From the NCBI GenBank assembly GCA_035274425.1, contig DATEOC010000079.1, forward strand, positions 8,030-72,029: a DNA stretch of 64,000 nucleotides, in the 5' to 3' direction. Positions 1 to 8,406 of the stretch are shown in pieces. Every line of letters starts with the position of its first letter. Position 1 is the first letter of the stretch. Made by a program: the position numbers and the translations under genes. The notes under the pieces are model-generated. The model was not told the DNA's origin. It ran no database searches and saw nothing but the letters and a program-made list of their open reading frames with translations. Source of the stretch: Chloroflexia bacterium. Its GTDB lineage: Bacteria > Chloroflexota > Chloroflexia > QHBQ01 > JADMIH01.

Positions 1-803
1 ATGCCAAATATGGCGGCAAATACAGGCTCAAGGGTGAAGATAAGAGCGGCGTGGGCGGCAGGTGTGAAGCGCTGCACGGTCATCATGACCACTATAGTCA
101 TGGCGGTCACGACGATGCCCAGGAATGCTATACCTGCCCACACTTCGGCGGTAAGGCCCGGCACGGGCCGCTCGAACAAGGCCACGCTTGCCGCGCTCAA
201 CACGCCCGCCACGAGCACCTGTACCAATGTCATCCTTATGGGGTCGCCAAAATGAGCTACGTAGGAGATGAGCACTATCTGAAAGGTGAAGGCAACAGCG
301 CACCCCAGCACCAATACGTCACCGATATTTACGCTCAAGCCTTCATCAAAGCGCAAGCTCAGCATCGCCAGGCCGACGATAGCGAGCACCACCCCTATCC
401 ACGCCCACCTGCCCGGCACCTGCCTCAGGACAGGTATCCCCAAGATGGGTACGAGCGCAACCGACATCCCCGTGAGGAAGCCCGCGTTGCTGGCGGTGGT
501 CCACTGCATACCTACAGTCTGGAAGGCATACCCACCCCAGAGCGCGACGCCCACCACGCTTCCCCAGGCAAGCTCGCGCATCGTGAGGCCGCGCCAGCGG
601 CGCAAAACCAGCAATACGAGAGCGAGAGCTACCACGCCTATCGCGAAGCGCGCCGCAAGCAGCACCATCGGCGAGACATGATCCAGCACGTCCTTCACCA
701 GCACGAAGGTCGAGCCCCATATTAGGGTTATGAACACCAGGGTGCTGTCCGCCAGCACCTGCCGCTTGACGTTGGGGCTTTCGGAGGAATGTAGGGCTGC
801 CAT
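1..803 (-). CDS. EamA/DMT-family transporter (3' end runs off the window edge)
   Basis: My own minus-strand translation from the ATG at 803-801 reads MAALHSSESPNVKRQVLADSTLVFITLIWGSTFVLVKDVLDHVSPMVLLAARF... and continues as hydrophobic helices to position 1. It is absent from the ORF track because no stop lies in the window. The listed plus-strand ORFs here look like GC-rich shadow frames. Confidence 0.7.
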   Translation of the reverse strand, partial: MAALHSSESPNVKRQVLADSTLVFITLIWGSTFVLVKDVLDHVSPMVLLAARFAIGVVALALVLLVLRRWRGLTMRELAWGSVVGVALWGGYAFQTVGMQWTTASNAGFLTGMSVALVPILGIPVLRQVPGRWAWIGVVLAIVGLAMLSLRFDEGLSVNIGDVLVLGCAVAFTFQIVLISYVAHFGDPIRMTLVQVLVAGVLSAASVALFERPVPGLTAEVWAGIAFLGIVVTAMTIVVMMTVQRFTPAAHAALIFTLEPVFAAIFG

Positions 804-975
804 GTGGTAATTATACCGGATTACGAAGTCCGCGTTGAAGTATAAAGCCAAGAGACTGAGGTATGACACAGCCCTGAAATAATGTTGTTTAGTGTTGTAT
901 AATGTTATGCACTATACTATAATGCGCTGGTAGGAAGTGCTTGATGATAAAGGGAAGGCACATAAGGGAGTGAAA

Positions 976-1281
976 ATGATAGAACTGTTGACAGTGGAAG
1001 AAGCTGCTGATCTGCTAAAACTGACGCCTTACACAGTTCGCCGCCTGCTGAACGAGGGCAAGCTACCGGGAAAGAAGGTAGGGGGTGGGAGACAGTGGCG
1101 CATAAACAGGGAGGCCCTGGAGCGACACTTTACAAGCAATAGCGGACCGGAAACCATCGGTGACAATGCATTTGCACGCGAACCGGCCTCCGATGCGCAT
1201 ACCATGTCGTTGATGAGCGAGGCAGCGCTGGCCCAGGATTGGCTGCGGCCTGATGAGGATGAGGCTTGGGCGCATTTGTAA
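976..1281 (+). CDS. Type II antitoxin: excisionase/MerR-type HTH domain with an acidic Trp-rich C-terminal tail
   Basis: Lies within ORF 937..1281, and the ATG at 976 is preceded by GGGAG. The HTH segment is LLTVEEAADLLKLTPYTVRRLLNEGKLPG...WRINREALERHF and the C-terminus is DWLRPDEDEAWAHL. It overlaps the downstream PemK/MazF ORF by 16 nt. Confidence 0.7.
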   Translation: MIELLTVEEAADLLKLTPYTVRRLLNEGKLPGKKVGGGRQWRINREALERHFTSNSGPETIGDNAFAREPASDAHTMSLMSEAALAQDWLRPDEDEAWAHL

Positions 1282-1598
1282 AAGGCGACGTAGTTGTCGT
1301 ACCTTTTCCCTTCTCCGACCTATCCGAGAGCAAGAGGCGTCCCGCGCTGGTCGTAGGCAACCTGAGCGGAGATGATGTTATCCTTTGCCAGATTACGAGC
1401 CAGGCGACGAACGACCGGTACGCTATACCCCTTGAGGACCAAGATTTCGCGAAGGGCACGCTCCAGCGCCCCAGCAACATCCGCCCAAACAGACTTTTCA
1501 CCGCCGACAGCAATATCGTCCGCTATAAAGCGGGCAATCTCACTCGTGAGAAAATAGAAGAAGCTACTGAAGCCATTATTGATATTCTTCGGGCATAA
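1266..1598 (+). CDS. PemK/MazF-family toxin (mRNA interferase)
   Basis: GDVVVVPFPFSDLSESKRRPALVV...ILCQITSQ...RPSNIRPNRLFT is a typical PemK/MazF signature. TTG start with GAGGA 6 nt upstream. Confidence 0.75.
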   Translation: MGAFVKGDVVVVPFPFSDLSESKRRPALVVGNLSGDDVILCQITSQATNDRYAIPLEDQDFAKGTLQRPSNIRPNRLFTADSNIVRYKAGNLTREKIEEATEAIIDILRA

Positions 1599-1657
1599 GC
1601 TCTCTTACCGGCTCCCTCCTAAGAACAGCTAACAAACCCGACGGGCAACTCCATTTG

Positions 1658-1769
1658 TCCGTCGTCTATCGTCCGTCGTCTATCGTCCGTCTTCTGTCGT
1701 CTATCGTCCATCGTCCATCGTCCATCGTCCATCGTCCATCGTCTATCGTCTATCGTCTATCGTCTATCG
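1658..1769. repeat. Tandem heptamer array (CGTCYAT/CGTCCGT), about 16 units
   Basis: Direct reading: ...cgtcgtctatcgtccgtcgtctatcgtccgtcttctgtcgtctatcgtccatcgtccatcgtccatcgtccatcgtccatcgtctatcgtctatcgtctatcgtctatcg. Confidence 0.95.
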
Positions 1770-1848
1770 CCCACTTGCAACCCACCACAGCTTGACATAT
1801 AATCGGCTCAGAGAGGGTTACGCACATATAGAGAGGGGTACGTTAGCC

Positions 1849-2838
1849 ATGCCTAGACCCAAGCCGAAGGTAAAGACCGAGCAGGAAGTGGTGGAGAGCA
1901 AGCTGCAACAGACCTTGCCGGTGCAGGCTCCCCTGTTCGGCCTGAACAACCGTGGGGAGCTTACGCAGCCTGTAGCCGACATACCGGCCCTCACCCCTAC
2001 CTCCAGCCTGGACGTGGCGCGGTGGTGGTACAGGCGGCACCTTGAGCAGCAGCGCCGCCCCATCAACACGATAGACTCCTATATGTACGATCTATCCCTC
2101 TTCCAGGAGACCGTGGGGAACAAGACTGTAGACCGCATATCCCCCACCGACATCGCCAACTTCCTGGGGCAGGCTAACAACAAGTCCACCCGCAAGCGGC
2201 GGCTCACCTCTTTGCAAGGTATGTATCGCTACCTGGTAGACAAGGAGAAGGTGCTGACCAAGAACCCCGCCGATAGCTTTTTCCCCGACTACATCCCCCT
2301 CAAGACCCCCCAGACCTTATTCCCTCATGAGCAGGATGCGATTCTCGACGCTGCCCAGGAGGAGAACTCACGCACCTATTTGATAGCTTACCTGCTCATC
2401 AAGCTCGGCTTGACGCGTACGGAGTTGTTGGCCCTCAAAGTAGACCATATAGACATAGGGGACCCGGAGAGGCCGATAATCTACATCTATTACGAGGACA
2501 CCCGTTCGCAGAAGAAGGAGAGAAAGCTGTCAGCGGGTCTCGACTTCACCGAGGCCTATCAGCGATACCTGGAGGAGTACAAGCCGGTTTCAAGGATGTT
2601 CAACCTCCTGCCCCAGTCGATCAACAAGATCGTGGACCGCATAGCCGAGACCGCTGGCATCAACAAGATAGTCACCCCGCAGTCGTTACGCGACACCTTT
2701 GCGGTTGAGCAGGCCAAAGCGGGGGCAGATGAGAAGAAGCTGCTGGCGATACTCGGCCTTGCCCCCGACAGCCGCAATCGCAAGAGCGTGCAGCGCTACA
2801 TCAAGTTGGCCGCGCCACCCGTAGCTGGAGTTGTGTGA
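1849..2838 (+). CDS. Tyrosine-type recombinase/integrase (XerC/D-like) with atypical catalytic residues
   Basis: N-terminal SAM-like core-binding segment (INTIDSYMYDLSLFQETVG...RLTSLQGMYRYLV). Catalytic domain has GLTRTELLALKVDHID (Arg I), QSLRDTFA in place of HxLRH, and ILGL...QRYIKL in place of LGH...Y. ATG 1849 follows GAGAGGGG; the track start at 1792 is a TTG. Confidence 0.7.
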   Translation: MPRPKPKVKTEQEVVESKLQQTLPVQAPLFGLNNRGELTQPVADIPALTPTSSLDVARWWYRRHLEQQRRPINTIDSYMYDLSLFQETVGNKTVDRISPTDIANFLGQANNKSTRKRRLTSLQGMYRYLVDKEKVLTKNPADSFFPDYIPLKTPQTLFPHEQDAILDAAQEENSRTYLIAYLLIKLGLTRTELLALKVDHIDIGDPERPIIYIYYEDTRSQKKERKLSAGLDFTEAYQRYLEEYKPVSRMFNLLPQSINKIVDRIAETAGINKIVTPQSLRDTFAVEQAKAGADEKKLLAILGLAPDSRNRKSVQRYIKLAAPPVAGVV

Positions 2839-2839
2839 G

Positions 2840-2892
2840 ACGAAACGGTCCAAACGCAAAGACGCAAAGATCACAGAGGAATCGCAGAGGTT
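2840..2892. repeat. Short composite array (ACGCAAAG x2, then CACAGAGG/CGCAGAGG)
   Basis: gacgaaacggtccaaacgcaaagacgcaaagatcacagaggaatcgcagagg. The same unit types recur at 50844-50919. Confidence 0.8.
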
Positions 2893-2895
2893 TTA

Positions 2896-3369
2896 ATGGA
2901 TTCCCGACGCCCAACCCTTGATCCCCGACCCCTCTCCATCGTCGTCAACCATACCTTTCGCGCGCGCTACGCGGAGACCGATGCAATGGGCATTGTGCAT
3001 CACGCCGAGTACCTGGTGTGGATGGAGATGGGGCGCACCGAGTTCATGCGCCACTTCGGCTTCACCTACCGCGAGCTGGAGAAGATGGGCGTGCTGCTTC
3101 CCGTGCTTGAGGTAAGCGTGCATTACAAGCAGTCTGCGCGTTACGATGACGAGATAAGAGTCTCTACATGGGTGGAGGCGATGGACCGCGTGCGCCTCAA
3201 GCTGGCGTACAAGATGGAGCGGGTTGAGGACAATGCACTACTGATCGAGGCAAGCACTACCCACACGTACATGGGACCAGATGGGCGGTTGCTGCGCATA
3301 ACACATCATACGGAAGCCTGGAAGAGGCTCCAGGCTATGATTCTGCCAAAGGAGAACGACGCACGTTAG
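2896..3369 (+). CDS. Acyl-CoA thioesterase, YbgC/4HBT (hotdog) family
   Basis: HTFRARYAETDAMGIVHHAEYLVWMEMGRTEFMRHFGFTYRELEKMGVLLPVLEVSVHYKQSARYDDEI is a classic 4HBT-type motif. Confidence 0.75.
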   Translation: MDSRRPTLDPRPLSIVVNHTFRARYAETDAMGIVHHAEYLVWMEMGRTEFMRHFGFTYRELEKMGVLLPVLEVSVHYKQSARYDDEIRVSTWVEAMDRVRLKLAYKMERVEDNALLIEASTTHTYMGPDGRLLRITHHTEAWKRLQAMILPKENDAR

Positions 3370-3443
3370 CCTTCGATTGGCCGGTCCTATTATTGGGTAC
3401 GCATAATATGTATCAAAGGCACAACTCATACGTGAGGTGAAGC

Positions 3444-4145
3444 ATGAGCGGTGACGGTGAAAGAAAGAGTGGGGTCCAGAAACTCTTCACTGGGAGAGTT
3501 TCACCCACCACACGTGCAGCGATGGAGGCCGAATCCCGAAGCTGGATGATAAGGTGTCCTTACTGCGGCCACGAGCGATCTGTCTGGGAGACTGGAGGCG
3601 TTCGCTACAAGGCCGCCGGGAACTCCCGGCAGTTGCGGCGGTGTCCGCAGTGCGGGAAGCTGTCCTGGCACATAATATACCGGCGGGAGAATCAACAGAG
3701 CACAGACACTCCCCTTGCCCCTCTCCCCCTCGCGGATAGCCGCAGGCGCTGGCTATTGTGGGTCCTGGGCCTGGGGCTGCTGGGCACAGTCATCGCCGCC
3801 TTTGTCGCCGTCCTCCTATTCGTGATAGGCACACTCACGCAGCCAGTAGTCACTGCTGGGGACGCGTTCATGACGGCGCTGAAAACCGGCAATTACGCTG
3901 AAGCCTACGCTCTTTGCACGCCTGAGTTACAAAAGGAATTGGGAAGCGTGTCCGGCATGGCGACCTTGCTAGAACCCGACCAGCCCTCCCAGTGGAATTG
4001 GACGAACCGGAGCATCCGCAATGGTGTAGGCCGGCTGGATGGCTCCCTTACTTATGCCAACGGCAAAACAGGCACGGTGCACCTCGTGCTCAACCAGGTG
4101 GGCAACGACTGGAAAATAGTTAGCTTCCGCATGGACCCGACCTAA
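3444..4145 (+). CDS. Zinc-ribbon membrane protein with extracytoplasmic NTF2-like/DUF4878-like domain (hypothetical)
   Basis: CPYCGHE...CPQCGK zinc ribbon, one TM helix (WLLWVLGLGLLGTVIAAFVAVLLFVIG), then AGDAFMTALKTGNYAEAYALCTPELQKELGS. Confidence 0.5.
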   Translation: MSGDGERKSGVQKLFTGRVSPTTRAAMEAESRSWMIRCPYCGHERSVWETGGVRYKAAGNSRQLRRCPQCGKLSWHIIYRRENQQSTDTPLAPLPLADSRRRWLLWVLGLGLLGTVIAAFVAVLLFVIGTLTQPVVTAGDAFMTALKTGNYAEAYALCTPELQKELGSVSGMATLLEPDQPSQWNWTNRSIRNGVGRLDGSLTYANGKTGTVHLVLNQVGNDWKIVSFRMDPT

Positions 4146-4357
4146 AGAGTCTTACTCGCACCTCTCCCCGCAACGTGGAGGCCTGGGAGAAGCATAGTCT
4201 GTAGCTTCTCTCTGGATAGACTCTCCATCCTACTACACATAGAACTAAAGTCATGTGCAGACTTCCCACTTTTAGGCGATACCTGAGCATACCGGCACCT
4301 GATATAGTTGTGACATAACTTCGGAGCTATTTTGCTATATCATAGGGAAGGTGCTTC

Positions 4358-4948
4358 ATGCCTTATTGTGTCAACTGTGGAAGCAGTTACAGCGTTTCAG
4401 AAAAATTCTGTCATGACTGTGGGCAACGACTGAAGAAGACGCAACATCATACCCACCCTCAGTTACGGTACTCGACATCTCCACTGGGCAATAGTGCTTC
4501 TGCGGTCATAGCTACAGAAGTCATTGTTGATGCACTGCGTGAGGGAAGAGCAGAGGAGAGAGAAGAGCGCCGCAAAACTAGAAACTATAACCGAGCAATG
4601 CACGACTCGGACGAAAGTTTAGAATTATTCCTGAAGTGCGTCGCTATACTGGGTATTTTCCACGGAATGTCACTAATAGGCGCTAATTGGTGGCCGGTAT
4701 TGAATGGACCAATAGGTTATTTCTTAGTCGGCGGCGCATTCCTGAGTGCATTTGTGAAGATTATTATAGATGTAAGGCACGGCCATTCTTTCGGTAAGAG
4801 TCTGTTGGTTGTCACGCTCCTGGGGCTGCTGATATATGGTATGGAATATGGAATATTCTGGTACATAAAGAACCAGGTTATGGCACACCCAGAAACTTGG
4901 TTCCAACTCAAATTCCCTACCCCTACACCAACGGCACACCCCCAATAA
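4358..4948 (+). CDS. Zinc-ribbon domain membrane protein (hypothetical)
   Basis: N-terminal MPYCVNCGSSYSVSEKFCHDCGQRL, with several C-terminal TM helices. Local sequence is visibly more AT-rich than the flanks. Confidence 0.45.
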   Translation: MPYCVNCGSSYSVSEKFCHDCGQRLKKTQHHTHPQLRYSTSPLGNSASAVIATEVIVDALREGRAEEREERRKTRNYNRAMHDSDESLELFLKCVAILGIFHGMSLIGANWWPVLNGPIGYFLVGGAFLSAFVKIIIDVRHGHSFGKSLLVVTLLGLLIYGMEYGIFWYIKNQVMAHPETWFQLKFPTPTPTAHPQ

Positions 4949-4977
4949 GCAAGAACGGCTTCTGAGCAGCCGCTTTC

Positions 4978-5499
4978 TTATGCATAACTGAGATACCCAG
5001 GCACCCTATCCTCAAACTTCGCCATCTCCAACTCTACCGACAGAGGTACTTTGAGGAGGGAGGCTATGGGGGTCATGTGGTTGAAGAGCCGTATCTTGCG
5101 GTTGACTTCCTCGACGGCGGCGCGGTGGCGGGCGGAGGCACGCTGGTGCTGAGCCTTCAGCCTGGCTACCTCCTGACGCAGCCGGCGGATAGCGAAGGGG
5201 TCGCTGCCTAGCTCCTTCAGGTTCTCGCGCAGGCGGGTAAAGTGGCGGTCGGCGTCGTGGCGCAGCCTCTCAAGATCAGCTTCAATCTCCTGGCTCACCA
5301 CCATCCAGTCGGGGGCGAAGCCGCTGTTAGATAGCACCTTGAAGGCCGCGCGCATCTCCTCCGGCACGAAGGGGTTGTCCTCGTGCGTGAGGGGCTTACC
5401 CATGCCGGGGAGGTTGTCGAACTCCCCCGCGTCTATAGCTTCCTGTATGCGCCTCTCGCTGATGCGCTCCAGGCCGATGAGTATCTCGTCAGCGTCCAT
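4978..5499 (-). CDS. DUF1992 (DnaJ-homologue subfamily C28-like) protein
   Basis: ISERRIQEAIDAGEFDNLPGMGKPL...NPFVPEEMRAAFKVLSNSGFAPDWM is the characteristic DUF1992 motif. Confidence 0.7.
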   Translation of the reverse strand: MDADEILIGLERISERRIQEAIDAGEFDNLPGMGKPLTHEDNPFVPEEMRAAFKVLSNSGFAPDWMVVSQEIEADLERLRHDADRHFTRLRENLKELGSDPFAIRRLRQEVARLKAQHQRASARHRAAVEEVNRKIRLFNHMTPIASLLKVPLSVELEMAKFEDRVPGYLSYA

Positions 5500-5527
5500 A
5501 CCTCAATTATACCAGAAAGATTGTACA

Positions 5528-5571
5528 AATAATCACAAAACCGGCTCACAGAGCCGATTTTGTGATTATTT
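5528..5571 (-). terminator. Hairpin downstream of ftsK
   Basis: aaataatcacaaaaccggctc-aca-gagccgattttgtgattattt gives an approximately 20-bp stem with one mismatch, 18 nt after the ftsK stop. Confidence 0.55.
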
Positions 5572-5588
5572 CTGTTGAGGAAGAAGAG

Positions 5589-8198
5589 TTACGGTTCTTC
5601 GTATGGATCGGAATCGGTGGCGTCGAAGGCGCGGTGATCGGGCGCTCCCAGTAGCACTTCGCGGGGCTTGCCGCGATTCTCGTTGGTGGCGGGCGCGATA
5701 AGGCCCATCTCCTCCATCTGCTCCACCAGGCGGGCGGCACGGTTATACCCTACCCGCAGCTTGCGCTGAAGCATAGAGACAGAAACGTACTGGTGCTTCT
5801 TCACAAGCTCGATGGCTTGCTCAAGCATCTCGCTCTCGGCGTCGGGGTCGCCCGTGCCAAGCCAGTCGGGCATCGGCATCGGCTGGACCGCAGGCTCTAT
5901 ACCGTTGTCCGCCAACTCTTCCTCCGTAGGGAGCTGCTTGCGCCAGAAGTTGACTATCCTATCCGACTCGGCGTCCGACACGTATGTGCCCTGGATGCGC
6001 ACAGGCTTGCTCTCGTCGGAGGCGGTATAGAGCATGTCGCCCCGCCCCAGCAGCTTCTCCGCTCCGCTCCCATCCAGAATTACTTTGCTGTCCACCTGGG
6101 ATGTCACTGCGAATGCCGCACGCGCCGGGAAGTTGGCCTTGATCAGCCCCGTCACCACGTCCACCGACGGGCGTTGCGTGGCGACCACCAGGTGTATACC
6201 CGTAGCGCGGGCAAGCTGCGCAAGGCGGCACAACGAAGTCTCTACCTCCTCCGGCGCGGTGAGCATCAGGTCCGCAAGCTCGTCTATGATGATTACTATG
6301 TACGGAACATGCTCCATCTGGGCGTCGGGGTTGTCCTTAACGAAGTTGCGGTACTGCTCGATGTTGCGGAAGACCTTGTTGATCCCCTCCTTGTCCCTGG
6401 CACCTTTGGCGAAAAGCTTATAGCGACGCTCCATCTCCCACAGCGCCCACTTGAGCACCTCCACCGCCGTCAAAGGGCGCTCCCGGTCATTTTGCACTTT
6501 GGGTTTCTGACCCTGTGAGTGGTTAGAGTGGCCCGACTCTTTCTCCATACGGATGTCGGTGACTACGGGGCGGAGGAGATGGGGGATGCCGTTGAAGCCG
6601 GTAAGCTCAACGCGCTTGGGGTCTATCATCAACATGCGCAGGTCGTCGGGGGTGAATTGGAGGAGGAAGCCTATCACCAGGGAATTGAGGAAGACCGACT
6701 TGCCGCTACCCGTCGCGCCCGCCACCAGGAGGTGGGGCAGCTTCTCCATGCCCGTCACCACGGCGCGTCCATGCGTGTCCCTGCCGAGGGTAATTTTCAG
6801 CTTCGCTTTAGAATTGTAGAATTCCTCCGACTCCATGATACTGCGCAGGCCGACCACTTGGAGCGATACGTTCGGCACTTCGATACCGATGCGCGACTGG
6901 CCTGGTATGGGCGCTTCGATGCGTATGTCAGGGGCAGCGAGAGCGAGGGCAAGATTGCGGTCGAGGTTGGTGAACTTATTGACGTGGACTCCCACGCCCG
7001 GCTCGATGGCGAACTGGGTGACGGCAGGCCCGGTATTGACCTCGCGCACGGTCGCCTCCACCTTGAAAGACATCAACGTCTCTTCGATAGTCTTTATCTT
7101 CGCCTTGATGTCCGACTGGCTGACCTTGATCTCTCCGGTGTTCTCGAGGAGGGTGAGCGCGGGGAGGTTCCAGGTGTAGCCCAGGGGAGACATGACCTGT
7201 ATGGGAGGACTTTGGAATTTGGACTTTAGATTCTGGATGTTGATTATGGGAGAAGGCTTCTCCTTCCCTTTCACTGATGGAGAGGCAGGCGTAGCTTCGC
7301 CCAGGACGCTGACGGCCTCGGTGGGGAGAGAGTGGGAGTCGAGCGGGGTGCCGTCCTCGTTAGTGATTTCCAGGGTCGGGTGCATCGCGGTCTCGCCCAC
7401 GATGACATCCTCACCGTTGATGCGCACGGACTCGTGGCTCCTGCCACCCTGACCTGAGCGCTCCTTGAGCATCTGCGATACTTCACCACGCACTTTGTCC
7501 AGGGCCTGGCCCGCTGCACGGCTTGCCGCCAGCGTAGGGCGACCCACGCCGCGCACTACCTGCGCAAGCGATAACCCGAAGGCCAGCATGATGCCGAGCA
7601 CGATGAGGGCCAGCAGCACCACCATCGCGCCCAGCTTCGTCAGGTAGTCTGAGAGGAAAGTGGAGATAGCAAGGCCCAGGTAGCCACCTCCCTGCCCCAG
7701 GTCGGCTGCGCGCTGGCCGTTGGCGAAGAGATGCAAGAAGCCCATTACGCCCAGCAGCAAGATGAGCGAGCCGGCAGGCACAAGCGGTGAGAGCCACTTA
7801 GCGTCGAGCTTGGCACCGATGAGGAGTATGCACGCCCCCGCCATCATCACAACCGGCACGAGCCACGCTGCCAGGCCGAATAGCTGCGCCAGGAAACTCC
7901 CCATCGCACCCACCATGTTCTGAGCGCCCCCGTTCCACCCAACCAACCCAACGACGAAGAGCATCCCCACGACCAGCATCAAGAGCGCAACTATCTCCCG
8001 CCTCACGTGAGCAGGGAGTTTGAATGCGGAGTGCGGAGTGCGGAGTGCGGATTTAGGACTTTGAACTTTGGACTTTGGACCCTGAACCTTAGACTTTGCG
8101 CTTTGGACTTTGGGCTTCGCTTTAGAGCGGCCACCTTCAATCTTAGTCCACGTGGGAGGGGAGGACTTTGGGGCTTTTTTAGCGGTTGCGGAAGGCAT
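5589..8198 (-). CDS. ftsK: DNA translocase FtsK/SpoIIIE
   Basis: N-terminal TM helices, a Walker A motif (LLVAGATGSGKSV), IIIDELADLM, a QRPSVDVVTG motor domain, and a C-terminal gamma winged helix (VSVSMLQRKLRVGYNRAARLVEQMEEMG). ATG 8198 has GAGG about 9 nt upstream. The first ~60 aa are encoded by repeat arrays. Confidence 0.9.
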   Translation of the reverse strand: MPSATAKKAPKSSPPTWTKIEGGRSKAKPKVQSAKSKVQGPKSKVQSPKSALRTPHSAFKLPAHVRREIVALLMLVVGMLFVVGLVGWNGGAQNMVGAMGSFLAQLFGLAAWLVPVVMMAGACILLIGAKLDAKWLSPLVPAGSLILLLGVMGFLHLFANGQRAADLGQGGGYLGLAISTFLSDYLTKLGAMVVLLALIVLGIMLAFGLSLAQVVRGVGRPTLAASRAAGQALDKVRGEVSQMLKERSGQGGRSHESVRINGEDVIVGETAMHPTLEITNEDGTPLDSHSLPTEAVSVLGEATPASPSVKGKEKPSPIINIQNLKSKFQSPPIQVMSPLGYTWNLPALTLLENTGEIKVSQSDIKAKIKTIEETLMSFKVEATVREVNTGPAVTQFAIEPGVGVHVNKFTNLDRNLALALAAPDIRIEAPIPGQSRIGIEVPNVSLQVVGLRSIMESEEFYNSKAKLKITLGRDTHGRAVVTGMEKLPHLLVAGATGSGKSVFLNSLVIGFLLQFTPDDLRMLMIDPKRVELTGFNGIPHLLRPVVTDIRMEKESGHSNHSQGQKPKVQNDRERPLTAVEVLKWALWEMERRYKLFAKGARDKEGINKVFRNIEQYRNFVKDNPDAQMEHVPYIVIIIDELADLMLTAPEEVETSLCRLAQLARATGIHLVVATQRPSVDVVTGLIKANFPARAAFAVTSQVDSKVILDGSGAEKLLGRGDMLYTASDESKPVRIQGTYVSDAESDRIVNFWRKQLPTEEELADNGIEPAVQPMPMPDWLGTGDPDAESEMLEQAIELVKKHQYVSVSMLQRKLRVGYNRAARLVEQMEEMGLIAPATNENRGKPREVLLGAPDHRAFDATDSDPYEEP
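8024..8114. repeat. Heptamer (GTGCGGA x4) followed by an octamer (GGACTTTG/GAACTTTG) array, inside the ftsK 5' coding region
   Basis: atgcggagtgcggagtgcggagtgcgga...aggactttgaactttggactttggaccctgaaccttagactttgcgctttggactttggg. Confidence 0.9.
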
Positions 8199-8355
8199 GG
8201 TAATTTACCTCATGGATGCGTAATGCATCTCAGGCGTGAAACAGCACATATGTTTGGGTATAGATATTATATCACGAGGATGAGGTATGGGGAAAAGTGG
8301 TGGATTGGGGAGTGGTGAGAAATGAAGTTGATGGGTAAAATGGGGTGGTGCTGGG

Positions 8356-8390
8356 AACGTAAAACGTAATGCGTGATGCGTGATGCGTGA
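8356..8390. repeat. Heptamer array (AACGTAA, GCGTGAT x3)
   Basis: aacgtaaaacgtaatgcgtgatgcgtgatgcgtga. Confidence 0.9.
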
Positions 8391-8406
8391 AGTGTGGGGA
8401 GGTACA

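Noticed and set aside
51-725. Plus-strand ORFs of 224 aa and 131 aa at the window start.
   Set aside because: The minus strand translates into a continuous EamA-type membrane protein starting at 803. The plus-strand products are low-complexity His/Arg/Pro-rich sequence.
1658-1769. Could the tandem repeat loci (this one and the 20+ others) be CRISPR arrays?
   Set aside because: The units are only 7-8 nt and directly abut one another with no unique spacers. There is no leader or cas gene in the window.
900-2840. Could the integrase plus TA module be part of an integrated mobile element or prophage?
   Set aside because: I could recognise no tRNA or att-like direct repeats, no phage or conjugation genes, and no clear compositional shift. 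It is only recorded as a small accessory patch.
5793-7229. Long plus-strand ORFs (241 aa and 236 aa) antisense to ftsK. Similar cases are 56917-57696 antisense to the MFS gene, 61270-61926 antisense to the coiled-coil gene, and 19416-19982 and 28562-29098 antisense to other genes.
   Set aside because: These are typical stop-poor shadow frames of GC-rich or biased coding sequence. Their translations are Arg/Gly/His-rich with no recognisable motifs, while the opposite strand carries unambiguous conserved domains.
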